Shown: positions 48,917 through 58,168 of the stretch, piece after piece
Layout of the letters: every line of letters begins with the position of its first letter
How positions within the stretch are numbered: position 1 is the stretch's first letter
Origin: Leptospiraceae bacterium
GTDB lineage: Bacteria > Spirochaetota > Leptospiria > Leptospirales > Leptonemataceae
Direction: 5' to 3'
Length of the DNA stretch: 64,000 bases
NCBI GenBank assembly: GCA_040217195.1
Contig: JAVJNR010000005.1
Coordinates: 352,001 to 416,000, forward strand
Made by a program: the position numbers and the translations under genes
The notes under the pieces: model-generated
Database searches by the model: none
Told to the model about the DNA's origin: nothing
What the model saw: only the letters and a program-made list of their open reading frames with translations

Positions 48917-49627
48917 TCAAGGCTCAACAAGACCGGACCGTATTGCAAACTTCACCAGTTCCGTTCCAGAATGCATTTCCAGTTTTCGCATAATATTCTG
49001 ACGATGCACTTTGACTGTTGTTGGCGCTATGTGCAACTTTCGCGCAATTTCATCTCTGGAGGTGCCTTCTGCAATCAATTTCAGGATTTCTCGCTCACGA
49101 GGCGATAGCACCTGATACAGGGAATGCTTATCGCTGTCATTTTCAGAGCTTCCTCGTTCTCCTGCAGGTTCGGAGACTACTTTGCCTCCGCCGGCCAGGG
49201 TCTTAACTCGATGAATGAGCCTGCTATTAATTCTTGGACTTAGAAAATGCTGACCGGCAACCACAGCTTCCAGGGATCTAAGTAAATCCTCGCCAGCATC
49301 ATCTTTTAGAACATAGCCTTCTACGCCCATGTCCAGCATCTGATCGATATATTCTTCATCATCATGACGACTGAGAAATACTACCTTCACTCCAGGGTGA
49401 TAGCGCTTCAAACGTCGTGCTATCTCAATGCCTGATAGTCCCGGAATGGATATATCCAGCACGGCAACATCTGGCGGTTCACGATCCAGTTCTTCCCAGG
49501 CGGCACGACCATCGCCGGCTTCCCCGGCCACACAGAAGCCATCGCTTTCGGCCAGTATGAGTTTCAGCCCTTCCCGAAGGATTCTGTGATCATCTGCCAG
49601 ATATACTTTTAGTTTAGTTTCACTCAT
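48917..49627 (-). CDS. NarL/LuxR-family DNA-binding response regulator
   Basis: LADDHRILREGL, VLDISIPG, GYVLK, LSPREREILKLIAEG...TVKVHRQNIMRKL. Confidence 0.95.
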   Translation of the reverse strand: MSETKLKVYLADDHRILREGLKLILAESDGFCVAGEAGDGRAAWEELDREPPDVAVLDISIPGLSGIEIARRLKRYHPGVKVVFLSRHDDEEYIDQMLDMGVEGYVLKDDAGEDLLRSLEAVVAGQHFLSPRINSRLIHRVKTLAGGGKVVSEPAGERGSSENDSDKHSLYQVLSPREREILKLIAEGTSRDEIARKLHIAPTTVKVHRQNIMRKLEMHSGTELVKFAIRSGLVEP

Positions 49628-50664
49628 TTAATGTTTCCTGTGCTGGATTGTTCCCCCAGAGGAAGCACAACCGACACCTCTGTGCCTTCCCCGGGCGTAG
49701 ATAAGAATCCAAAAATACCATCCAGGTCCTCAGCCCTTCTCTTTAAATTCATCAAACCAAATCCGCCTTTTTCCAGGCTTCTTTTTTTCAGGTCCATAAC
49801 GGAAAACCCGCTGCCATTATCCTTTACCTGTAATACAAGTGCATCGCCCGTATCTTCCAGAAGCACATCTACCCTTGTTGCACCAGAATGGCGAACAATA
49901 TTTGTAAAGATCTCCTGGCACATGCGAAACAGAGGAACGGATATACTGTCCGGGATTTCCCTATGAATATCCACATTCTGGATCACTTCGCATCCTCTGG
50001 GCTCCAGAAAGCTACGCACCAGACGATTGATGGCTGCCTGAAGCCCAATCTCTCGCAAAGAGTTAGGAAATAGGTTTGAGTAGATCTCCCTCAATTCCTG
50101 ACTTGCCTGATCAATCAGCTCCACTCCCTGTTCAAAGCTTCCCCTGCCGGGGTTTTTCCTGGCAGATACAAGATTGATCTTGGCTGCAAGAATCGTCTGA
50201 CCAACTCCATCATGCAGTTCGGCTGCAATTCTCTGACGCTCCTCTTCCTGCACTCGCAGCAGACGAGAGTGCAAAAGATCCACTTCCGCTTCCAGTCGTC
50301 TGATCTCCGAAATATCCTTTATCATCAAAGCAAGGCCATTCTTCAAAGCAAACAGAGAGTAGCCATAGATTTGATTGCCTGCTTCTATCTCTCGATTATC
50401 CAGTCTGGATGTTCCTACGCTTTGAAAACGACGAACATCCGTTAAAAGTTCATCAATGGAATGCTTTTCCCAGGGAAGTACATCCACCAGAGTCTTGCCT
50501 ACAGCCACACCTTCTTCCACGGCGAATTCACTCAAGAAAGTTGGACTGATATAACGAATGGTCTGCCTTTCATCCAGAGCAACCAGTGGTGAAATGAAGG
50601 CCAGCAAATCAGACGGAGAAATAAACTCTGTGTCCACCTGATGATGTTTGCTTGCTATGTTCAT
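49624..50664 (-). CDS. Cytoplasmic HisKA_3 sensor histidine kinase with a PAS-like N-terminus
   Basis: QEEERQRIAAELHDGVGQ, QEIFTNIVRHSGA, DNGSGF, GFGL; overlaps the response regulator start. Confidence 0.93.
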   Translation of the reverse strand: MNIASKHHQVDTEFISPSDLLAFISPLVALDERQTIRYISPTFLSEFAVEEGVAVGKTLVDVLPWEKHSIDELLTDVRRFQSVGTSRLDNREIEAGNQIYGYSLFALKNGLALMIKDISEIRRLEAEVDLLHSRLLRVQEEERQRIAAELHDGVGQTILAAKINLVSARKNPGRGSFEQGVELIDQASQELREIYSNLFPNSLREIGLQAAINRLVRSFLEPRGCEVIQNVDIHREIPDSISVPLFRMCQEIFTNIVRHSGATRVDVLLEDTGDALVLQVKDNGSGFSVMDLKKRSLEKGGFGLMNLKRRAEDLDGIFGFLSTPGEGTEVSVVLPLGEQSSTGNIK

Positions 50665-50670
50665 CTGGTA

Positions 50671-50703
50671 AAGAAAAAAGAGCTGGCTCCCTGAGGAGCC
50701 AGC
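50671..50703 (-). terminator. Rho-independent terminator after the LruC-domain gene
   Basis: Minus strand reads gctggctcc-tcag-ggagccagc followed by tcttttttctt. Confidence 0.75.
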
Positions 50704-50724
50704 GCAGCCCGCTTCTTCTGAAGT

Positions 50725-52041
50725 CTAATTCGCCGGAAACACAAATTCGGCCACCGATGAATCATACCAGCTCTGAGATGTACTACCTGCGGACAAATAC
50801 CAGTCATCAAATTCCGGATATCCGTCATGGATGTTTGCACGCTCATACGGCCATTGCCAGTAATCCGGAACCATCAGCGCCCATGGGAAGCCAGCACTGT
50901 CGATGTATTTATCCGATCCATCTTCATGGAAAAAGCGTCCTGCAAAGTGAATCTCATGTCCTGTGTTCAACACCTTGATAAACAGATCATAGGGAGCTTT
51001 GCCCAGGGTTTGCAGTGCAACCGGTGTAGAGGGAAGAAAGGTAAACTCAGCACTGTGACCTGGTGCAAAGGTCTGTCCCGGTGCAGTGTTCGATGAGCTA
51101 ATAGTCAGGTTGCTGCGCCCCAGAAGCTCAACGGCAATCCCGGAGGCAATGGTCAGATCCTGTTTATCCAGTTCTGCCCCGCTGGCATCCTTGCGCACCA
51201 GAGTGGCCTCACCGGAAATCCCGGCCGGAAGGGCCAGGTGCAATGTATGATCGTAACCGGCCCCTTTGGCTATGTGCGTATAAAAGGATCTCAGCTCAAC
51301 CATTTTGCCAGAAGCATTCAGATCCTGCTCATGATACACCTGCACTACATAGTCATTGAAGTCTGCATCGCCCCGTTTGGGATAAAGGTCTTCGTAAGCC
51401 ACTCGATAGAATCCTTCTGCCGGGATTCGAATTACTGTGGCCCGATCCGGATCATTGGGATAATCGTCTTCATTGTCTGGAACGCCATCACCATCCGCAT
51501 CGGCCACTTCCTGGACGTCTGCTCGAACCTTTACAACAACCGTAATGGTTGCCTGCACAACCTGGGTAATATCCAGATCAATGTACAACGTCTGCCCATT
51601 GTATTCCACCTCGATAACCGCGGAATTCTCATCCTGATTTACCGTGACCACTCCGGTGGCATTACCTTCTTCATTAGTAACCGCCCGGAAAAGTACCCGG
51701 TCCCCTTCCGGATTTCGAATCAGTACACGAGTTCCTTCCACTCCTCCATCCGGATCCTCTACCAGGATCTCCACTGGAATGGACTTGTTCGTTTCAAAAA
51801 CAAAGTCTCCTGTACCCTGCTGAATATTATCAATTTCATAACTAAAAGGAATTTCGGAAATGTTGCCCTCCCCCGAGGTTGTATCCGAGGTTCCATTGGC
51901 CAGCCCCAGAAGCCAGGCGAGGTTTGGATCTTCCGATGAGTTACAGCTTGCCAGACCAGCAACCAGCATTACCGTTAATACCAGCTTGCCTGCCCGGACG
52001 CCCACTTTTCGCATTCTATCTTTTTTCACTACCGGTTCCAT
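50725..52041 (-). CDS. LruC-domain (DUF4842-like) lipoprotein
   Basis: Lipobox GLASC; Asp-rich DADGDGVPDNEDDYPNDP; AYEDLYPKRGDADFNDYVV, EIH, PWALMVP, WPYE...YPEF. Start at 52041 or 52014. Confidence 0.85.
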   Translation of the reverse strand: MEPVVKKDRMRKVGVRAGKLVLTVMLVAGLASCNSSEDPNLAWLLGLANGTSDTTSGEGNISEIPFSYEIDNIQQGTGDFVFETNKSIPVEILVEDPDGGVEGTRVLIRNPEGDRVLFRAVTNEEGNATGVVTVNQDENSAVIEVEYNGQTLYIDLDITQVVQATITVVVKVRADVQEVADADGDGVPDNEDDYPNDPDRATVIRIPAEGFYRVAYEDLYPKRGDADFNDYVVQVYHEQDLNASGKMVELRSFYTHIAKGAGYDHTLHLALPAGISGEATLVRKDASGAELDKQDLTIASGIAVELLGRSNLTISSSNTAPGQTFAPGHSAEFTFLPSTPVALQTLGKAPYDLFIKVLNTGHEIHFAGRFFHEDGSDKYIDSAGFPWALMVPDYWQWPYERANIHDGYPEFDDWYLSAGSTSQSWYDSSVAEFVFPAN

Positions 52042-52123
52042 AATAGTGTCAGTATACACCTGACTACCGGAATGCTGCAATAGTACGGGGGGACTAAATT
52101 TTAAGCCCCCGGGGAGTAGTTTT

Positions 52124-52903
52124 TTAAAGAGAAAGGACTAATCCGTCAAAAGCAGGCTCTGCAAAGCCCGGACGCTCTAGATTGAGTTTCTGAACCTTCT
52201 CGGCCAGAGAATCATAGATATGGCTGACCACCAGACGTCTGGTTTGGATGCTATGTCGGTGCTGTATCAGTTCTGCCAGAGAAACATGGGCCACACTTGG
52301 ATTTTTCGGATCCGGTTGATCCTCTATGCTAAGCTCCACAATACACAGGTCAGTGTTTTCCAGGGCTTGAAGCAATAGATCGTCCAGGGCCGCATCTCCG
52401 CTAAAAGCAAACACTTTGCCAGAAGGATAGACTAACCTGAGAGCCACACTTTCTGGACGATGGGTAACCGGCCTTGTCTCAATGGTGGCTCCCAGAAAGG
52501 ATAGACTGTCTTGAGAGGCCAGCTCCCTGAAATATAGAGGAAAGTCCAGTTCCATTCCCGGATACATTTGCTCCATCAGGGCCCGGACCGCCGATTCCAC
52601 ACCCTGAGGACCCAGTATCCAGAATGGCTCTTTTCTTTTATCAATGTATTTGAAATGGATGAGCAAAAATGGAAGACCGCCAATATGATCGCCGTGGAAG
52701 TGAGTGAGAAACAGGCTTTGAATACTGGATGGAGCAATCTTTTCCTGATTCATTCTCATCAGAGAGCTGGCTCCGTAGTCCACAAGCATACGTATGTTGC
52801 CCGAGCCGGAAGGATCCGGCCAGCTTGTTAGATAGCATGCATGGGCACGACCATCCGTGAAAAATGCATTTCCGGATCCCAGAATCAAAACTTGTTCGGA
52901 CAT
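52124..52903 (-). CDS. MBL-fold metallo-hydrolase (RNase Z-like clade)
   Basis: ILGSG, VDYG, THFHGDHIGG, FSGD, H...SH. Confidence 0.9.
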   Translation of the reverse strand: MSEQVLILGSGNAFFTDGRAHACYLTSWPDPSGSGNIRMLVDYGASSLMRMNQEKIAPSSIQSLFLTHFHGDHIGGLPFLLIHFKYIDKRKEPFWILGPQGVESAVRALMEQMYPGMELDFPLYFRELASQDSLSFLGATIETRPVTHRPESVALRLVYPSGKVFAFSGDAALDDLLLQALENTDLCIVELSIEDQPDPKNPSVAHVSLAELIQHRHSIQTRRLVVSHIYDSLAEKVQKLNLERPGFAEPAFDGLVLSL

Positions 52904-52948
52904 GGTTGCTCCTGCTGCAAATTACGAAGCCACCGGACTGCCGGGACG

Positions 52949-54700
52949 TCAGGGCTCGGAATGCGGATTGAGTATGGCTTCCTGTATTAGATCGGCATAC
53001 CGGGGTGCCATACGCAGCATTCCAAAGTAAGTAAAGTGATGCGGATCGGCAAAGTACTGCATGGGTAATTCCTGGTGCATATCGGCAAAACCGGATCCAT
53101 GTTCCTTCGCTAAATAGAGCTTCATATCCTGAAAGTACTGGCTGTGTTCGAATACAGCACTTTCCACTGGATTCTCTGGATTCAAAATAAGAAGCATCGG
53201 TGCATTTAATTTATTTCGCACATCCTTAAGTCTTTTAAGTTGATACACTGGCTCAAAGCTCTGGGCGGGTAGAAATGTTTTAACAATTCGCAGATTATTA
53301 AACGGAATCAGGGCCGGTCGATGCCTCCAGTTCTCTGGTTGAATTCTTTCCATGTAATCTTCAATATACTCAAGATCGCTTAGCTCAGTTAATCTCTGAT
53401 CCTCCAGAAACCATCTACGATGCTGTACCTGATCTACCGGGGCCTGTTCCAATCCGAATTGACCTGGCATTCGCAGTCCTTCGCCATACATTCGATTGTT
53501 ATCATCCACCGGCTGCACAGAATTCTTCCAGACCACATGGCTTAGCTTCAGACGAATCCAGCCTGTTCTTTCTTCTTCGTTGAGTGAGATTCGCTTCCAA
53601 CCTGGAGCATCTGGTATGTAATGTCTGGATCTCAGAATTGCACTTTTCACCTGACAGGGATCTTTGAAAAACATGGTCCTCTGTATAAGTTCATCCTTTA
53701 GAAGTGCAGGAGGATAGATGTAGGATTCTTCCCAGTGAGGTTGCCATAGCTTGATAAGTTCGTCGTTTACCTGCAGCAATTCATCTGCATCCAGCCATTC
53801 CATTTCAATTTTGAAATCGGGACTAAATAACTCAGGCGGAATCTCAAAGGTAAGTTCACCGTCTGCGTATTTCGCAGGAAAGGCTACGCATCCGGAAGTC
53901 TTGCCTTCACGGTACAGTCCGCCGGCCAGAGGCTTTCCTTGATAATATATGTAGCTCCTTAGCGGGGAATCTTTCTGGGCCTTTCGATTGAACTCCAGGG
54001 CATCCCACCACTGACCGGAAAATCGAATACCGGCCAGAAGTCCGCTCATGATTCCGGAGGCCATTTCAGTTGGTGTTAGACGATTGGCATGTTCTATAGC
54101 AAAGGAAGCCGGATAGAATCTCTGGGCCGGAACTCTCTGTTTTAGAAATTCGAAATGAGCGCCTGAATCGAAACCAGGACCTGGAATATGAGGAGGCACC
54201 AGATGCTCCAGATCCAGGTCAACCAGAGCCAGCGGATAAACCACCAGATCCGGATTCATTTCATTGATCCGCGATGCGTAATGATAGGCATCTTCAGGCA
54301 TCAACGCCGCATGAGAGATTAGCTCCACTTTTACCGGACGATTCAGCCGAGACTGCAGCAACTGCTCCAGTAACTCAGCCTGTATGGAATACCTGGCAAT
54401 ACTGGAACCCAGCACCACAATTCGAATCGCTCCAGGATTCCCTTTGTTTTCGGTTTCTTCAGAATTCGAAGTAACTTCCAGAATTGGATAATTGGAATCA
54501 CTGGCTATGGACTTTTCCGCATATCGAAAGTTCCATTCAAAGTTGTACCATCGGTAAGAATCCCAGCCACTGTGGTTTGCGGGCTGAAAGATAAGATAAT
54601 CAAACGCAAATCGATCCAGGCAAACGGTGGATGCCAGAAAAATGAGAATCCAGATGAGAGTCTTGCCACCGGGCATGGAGCAAGGCTGATCCAGGGCCAT
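52949..54700 (-). CDS. Membrane-anchored hypothetical protein with SGNH-like motifs
   Basis: N-terminal TM; VVLGSS near the N-terminus and FADPHH (DxxH) near the C-terminus. Confidence 0.6.
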   Translation of the reverse strand: MALDQPCSMPGGKTLIWILIFLASTVCLDRFAFDYLIFQPANHSGWDSYRWYNFEWNFRYAEKSIASDSNYPILEVTSNSEETENKGNPGAIRIVVLGSSIARYSIQAELLEQLLQSRLNRPVKVELISHAALMPEDAYHYASRINEMNPDLVVYPLALVDLDLEHLVPPHIPGPGFDSGAHFEFLKQRVPAQRFYPASFAIEHANRLTPTEMASGIMSGLLAGIRFSGQWWDALEFNRKAQKDSPLRSYIYYQGKPLAGGLYREGKTSGCVAFPAKYADGELTFEIPPELFSPDFKIEMEWLDADELLQVNDELIKLWQPHWEESYIYPPALLKDELIQRTMFFKDPCQVKSAILRSRHYIPDAPGWKRISLNEEERTGWIRLKLSHVVWKNSVQPVDDNNRMYGEGLRMPGQFGLEQAPVDQVQHRRWFLEDQRLTELSDLEYIEDYMERIQPENWRHRPALIPFNNLRIVKTFLPAQSFEPVYQLKRLKDVRNKLNAPMLLILNPENPVESAVFEHSQYFQDMKLYLAKEHGSGFADMHQELPMQYFADPHHFTYFGMLRMAPRYADLIQEAILNPHSEP

Positions 54701-54716
54701 TCTATGTCATTCAATA

Positions 54717-55886
54717 TCAGGTACGGAAGGGACGTCCTTCCAGAAGGAGCGCCTTTCCAAGACCCCGGTAGCGCATCCAGGCCGAGGCCCTCTGTCCTGA
54801 GTCCTCCAGACGTTCGTAGAGCTCTTTCATTTCGGAATCCAGCATATGGGCCGGACAGAGCAATAAACGGTCCCTGTCTTGCAGATGACCGCGGGAGACT
54901 CGCCACCGGTAAGGAGGGAAGCTCTGATAATACTCTTTTAAATCCGGTAGTTTCCTGGCCGGGGAGCCATGACGGATTAATATAGGAGCAAGCCCAAATC
55001 CGCAGAACTGGAGCTCTCCAGTATCCGATAGACTGAGGCTCAGCCCGTGGATGTCCCTGGGGGCTGCCACTCGAATCTGTTCCAGATATCCTTCCACTGG
55101 ATCATCATGATTGCCCAGGGCATCGAACATGGAGCCCAGAAAGTCATTGGATATTTCCTCATGACTGGAAAACAAAAATACCCTTAGATGATCGGAACCA
55201 TACTTGATAAAAAACTTAAAGGAACGATTGCCCCGGGTGGAACCCAGAAGTGCATATCTGCAGTATCCCTGGTCTTTCCAGGGAATGTCCTGCACCTCTG
55301 GTTCAGCGGATCCAGCATGCTCCTCGGATAATGAGAACGGTTGCTCCAGAGCCTGGCTGGTTCTGGACCGGACAGACATAGCCTCGGGCGAATCCTGCCA
55401 GCCTTCCGGCCCTCCTTCTGCAAGCAAAGTGAAGGGTAGTTTTTCTTTTCCTCCCAGCAGTCGCTCCAGGGGAGGTCTTTCCGGGGCCCAGAATAGATAG
55501 AAAAGAGGCTGGCTTCCGGGCTCCACGTTATGGCTTAGATTGAGCTGGCCCGGTCGGAATATTGCGAAATCGTCTGGTTTTCGTCCGCAGGCTCTTAGAT
55601 GATCCTTCAGGTCCCGAATGTATTCCTGGCTGGAAACGCTGGACTCATTTCGCCTGCGGTATATTAAACCAGCTCTGCATTTCTTTCGATCACCCAGCAA
55701 CAGTCCACCTTCACGATGCAACCAGCCCAGCTCATTTAAGCGATTCAGTATTCGAGGAGGTAAGGATTGCTCTTCTTTCCATTCCAGATTACGGATGCCA
55801 GCCCATTGCTTGAGTATCTGCGAAACAGGAAGGCTTTTGAGCAAGAATCTCTGCAGCGAAGTAGTATGGGCTCCGTCAGGAATCAT
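54717..55886 (-). CDS. Hypothetical protein with a degenerate SpoIIE/PP2C-like C-terminal domain
   Basis: LQFCGFGLAPILIRHG...LQDRDRLLLCP resembles the SpoIIE C-terminal pattern. ATGA-coupled to the upstream cNMP gene. Confidence 0.55.
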   Translation of the reverse strand: MIPDGAHTTSLQRFLLKSLPVSQILKQWAGIRNLEWKEEQSLPPRILNRLNELGWLHREGGLLLGDRKKCRAGLIYRRRNESSVSSQEYIRDLKDHLRACGRKPDDFAIFRPGQLNLSHNVEPGSQPLFYLFWAPERPPLERLLGGKEKLPFTLLAEGGPEGWQDSPEAMSVRSRTSQALEQPFSLSEEHAGSAEPEVQDIPWKDQGYCRYALLGSTRGNRSFKFFIKYGSDHLRVFLFSSHEEISNDFLGSMFDALGNHDDPVEGYLEQIRVAAPRDIHGLSLSLSDTGELQFCGFGLAPILIRHGSPARKLPDLKEYYQSFPPYRWRVSRGHLQDRDRLLLCPAHMLDSEMKELYERLEDSGQRASAWMRYRGLGKALLLEGRPFRT

Positions 55887-56335
55887 TGATTCTGACTGCC
55901 CCGATAATAACCTTCTACCTGACGAAATGCACTCTGCACCCGACGGCCCAGAGCTACCAGAATCTTAAAGGCCCATCTGGGATGACTTTGAAAGATCTTT
56001 TCGAAGTTTTCCTGAGTCAGAGAAAGTAGTTTGGTAGGGCTTGCGGCGATGAGCGTGGCAGACCGTGGAGCATTTTCCAGCATGGCCATCTCTCCGAATA
56101 TCTCGCCGGGACCAAGACTGTTTAGAACTCGGTATTTTCCCTGATTCACCCGTTCGGTGACCACAACCTTACCTGCTATAATTAAATAGACTTCATTTCC
56201 CTTATCCCCTTCTCGGAGGATAATCTGCCTGGCCTGGAAAGTTCGACCGTATTTAAAGAATAGGTCTGCAGTTATGGCCTGCTCACCCTCAAATCCAAGC
56301 TTGATTAGATCATAGTCATGATTGTTAATATTCAT
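55883..56335 (-). CDS. Stand-alone cyclic-nucleotide-binding domain protein
   Basis: IILREGDKGNEVYLIIAGKV, GEIFGEMAMLENAPRSAT; ends after the C-helix with no HTH. Confidence 0.92.
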   Translation of the reverse strand: MNINNHDYDLIKLGFEGEQAITADLFFKYGRTFQARQIILREGDKGNEVYLIIAGKVVVTERVNQGKYRVLNSLGPGEIFGEMAMLENAPRSATLIAASPTKLLSLTQENFEKIFQSHPRWAFKILVALGRRVQSAFRQVEGYYRGSQNQ

Positions 56336-56733
56336 GCCCCGGCCCCCTGATAGGGAAGCTCTTTGATATGTCCATTTATCTGACGCAGCATTTTGCTGAG
56401 CACTCGAATAGATTGCAGAGCAAAGGAAATGTCGGATACCATCGCTCGCTCAAACTGCACTTTGCTAAATCCCAGAGCCCGGACTCCGGTGCGAGCCACA
56501 GCATCGGTAATTCTGGCTGTACCAAGATACACCTCCAGCATCCCAAACAAATCGCCTTTGGTCAGATCAAAATTTTCCATCTTAAGTGGAGTATATTTTC
56601 GCATGACCCGCACATCGCCCTCCAGAATTAAATAGGCGCACGGATCTCCGATGGTATAGTCCATCTCATAAATTTTCTCGCCAGAACGGAATTCCACCGG
56701 CTGGCTAAGCTCTGTCAGTAAATCAAAATCCAT
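56332..56733 (-). CDS. Stand-alone cyclic-nucleotide-binding-like protein with a divergent cassette
   Basis: FRSGEKIY, AYLILEGDV, GDLFGMLE...RITDAVA. Confidence 0.85.
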   Translation of the reverse strand: MDFDLLTELSQPVEFRSGEKIYEMDYTIGDPCAYLILEGDVRVMRKYTPLKMENFDLTKGDLFGMLEVYLGTARITDAVARTGVRALGFSKVQFERAMVSDISFALQSIRVLSKMLRQINGHIKELPYQGAGA

Positions 56734-56943
56734 TATTTGTTCCCGAGCCCTGCTTGTTTCCCGGCCTGCAACTGACCGCTGACCTCTGAATTGCTTCCGG
56801 GCTCATACTTCTATGCCAGGGATTGGCTGGTATGACAACAGGAATATCTACATTAGTCCAAAGAAACTACGGGGCTTCTAATAGTATCGGATCATTGAAA
56901 ATCTTCGCTTTACCTGCCATGGTGGAAAATAATTCATTCCGCA

Positions 56944-57978
56944 ATGGCCTCCCGCAAGCCAACCTTTGATGATTGTTACCAGGCTTTGCCTGAATTGACG
57001 CCACCCCGCAACCTGGACAAGTTCTGGCAGGATCTTATTCTGAATTTGAAGAGGCTTCCTGTGGAGCCACAGCAGAAATTGGTGCTGAAGAAGTCCTTTG
57101 GAAAGGAAAGTCTGAGCGACATAGCATTTCAGAGCCTGGGCCCCACGGTAATTCGAGGCCAGCTATTTCTGCCCCGACGCCGGGGCAAAGCTCCGGTGGT
57201 AATCCACTTTCCAGATTACGACGAAAAGGCCAGTTTTCCCGGAGCCGTAAAAGATTACAGCCGATCTCTCACCGAAAAGGGCATAGCATTATTATCCGTT
57301 AACCTCAGAAAACCACCGGAAACAACCAGGGTGGTTCGAACAACCGCTACCACAACCAGAGCCAGCGGATCTCATTCCGGGGCAGCTACAGCAACCAGTA
57401 CAGCGGCTGTGGAGGTCCCGGTTCCTCCTCTGCTGGCCATGGGTCTGGACCCGATTGAGAAGAGCTATCTGGCTCATTGTTATCTGGATGCATTACGGGC
57501 CGTGGATTTTCTCAGACTTCAAAAAGGAATCGATAGCGGTAAGATTGCACTTCTGGGCAGAGGCCTGGGGGCCGCCATGGCCTCTTTTGTGGCCCATATG
57601 CGAAAGGAATCCGTAGTGGGCCTTAGCCTGGAAAGGCCTTCTCCGGCCTGGATTTCCAGATGGCTGGATGACTCCACAGGTTCCATGGCGGAGCAAATCC
57701 GGGAAATGATGCGGCAAAAATCCGGATCCAGGGCCAAATGGAAAAAAAGCCTGGAGTTATTGGATCCCATTAACTGGGCACAGTCCATTCAGGTTCCGGT
57801 GCTTTTCTCTGCCGGGCTGGAAGATCGGGTGCATCCTCCCATGTCCGTTTTTGGATTCTTCAATCATCTTCAGACTGAAAAAGCAATGCAGTTTTTCACA
57901 GATGAAGAGCAGGATCCCACAGGTAAAAAAGAGAGATTAACGTCCCTGGACTTTCTGGTTGAGCAATTAAACCCCTGA
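56944..57978 (+). CDS. Acetylxylan esterase (CE7)-like alpha/beta hydrolase, probably catalytically degenerate
   Basis: PRNLDKFWQ, PVVIHF, YLDALRAVDFL, IDSGKIALLGRGLG, GLEDRVHPP..VFGFFN. Confidence 0.8.
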   Translation: MASRKPTFDDCYQALPELTPPRNLDKFWQDLILNLKRLPVEPQQKLVLKKSFGKESLSDIAFQSLGPTVIRGQLFLPRRRGKAPVVIHFPDYDEKASFPGAVKDYSRSLTEKGIALLSVNLRKPPETTRVVRTTATTTRASGSHSGAATATSTAAVEVPVPPLLAMGLDPIEKSYLAHCYLDALRAVDFLRLQKGIDSGKIALLGRGLGAAMASFVAHMRKESVVGLSLERPSPAWISRWLDDSTGSMAEQIREMMRQKSGSRAKWKKSLELLDPINWAQSIQVPVLFSAGLEDRVHPPMSVFGFFNHLQTEKAMQFFTDEEQDPTGKKERLTSLDFLVEQLNP

Positions 57979-58168
57979 GTTTCTCTGCCGATCTGTGGAC
58001 GCAGAACCTCTCAACCGCGCCAGTTTTGCCCTCCGGATTGCCTCCACCCTTAGAAATGGGGCGCCTTACTTGCGGATTTCAAGGGCCATTCAAGTCTCCA
58101 ATCTAATTTACCAAAGAGCCCTAATTTGCTTTACACAACCAGCGGTGCTTCGAGATTGACCCTGAATT

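Noticed and set aside
51238..51939. Long antisense ORF (233 aa) opposite the LruC-domain gene, and similar ones opposite ftsZ, SPFH and mur genes
   Set aside because: Shadow ORFs arising from codon bias of well-supported genes on the other strand.
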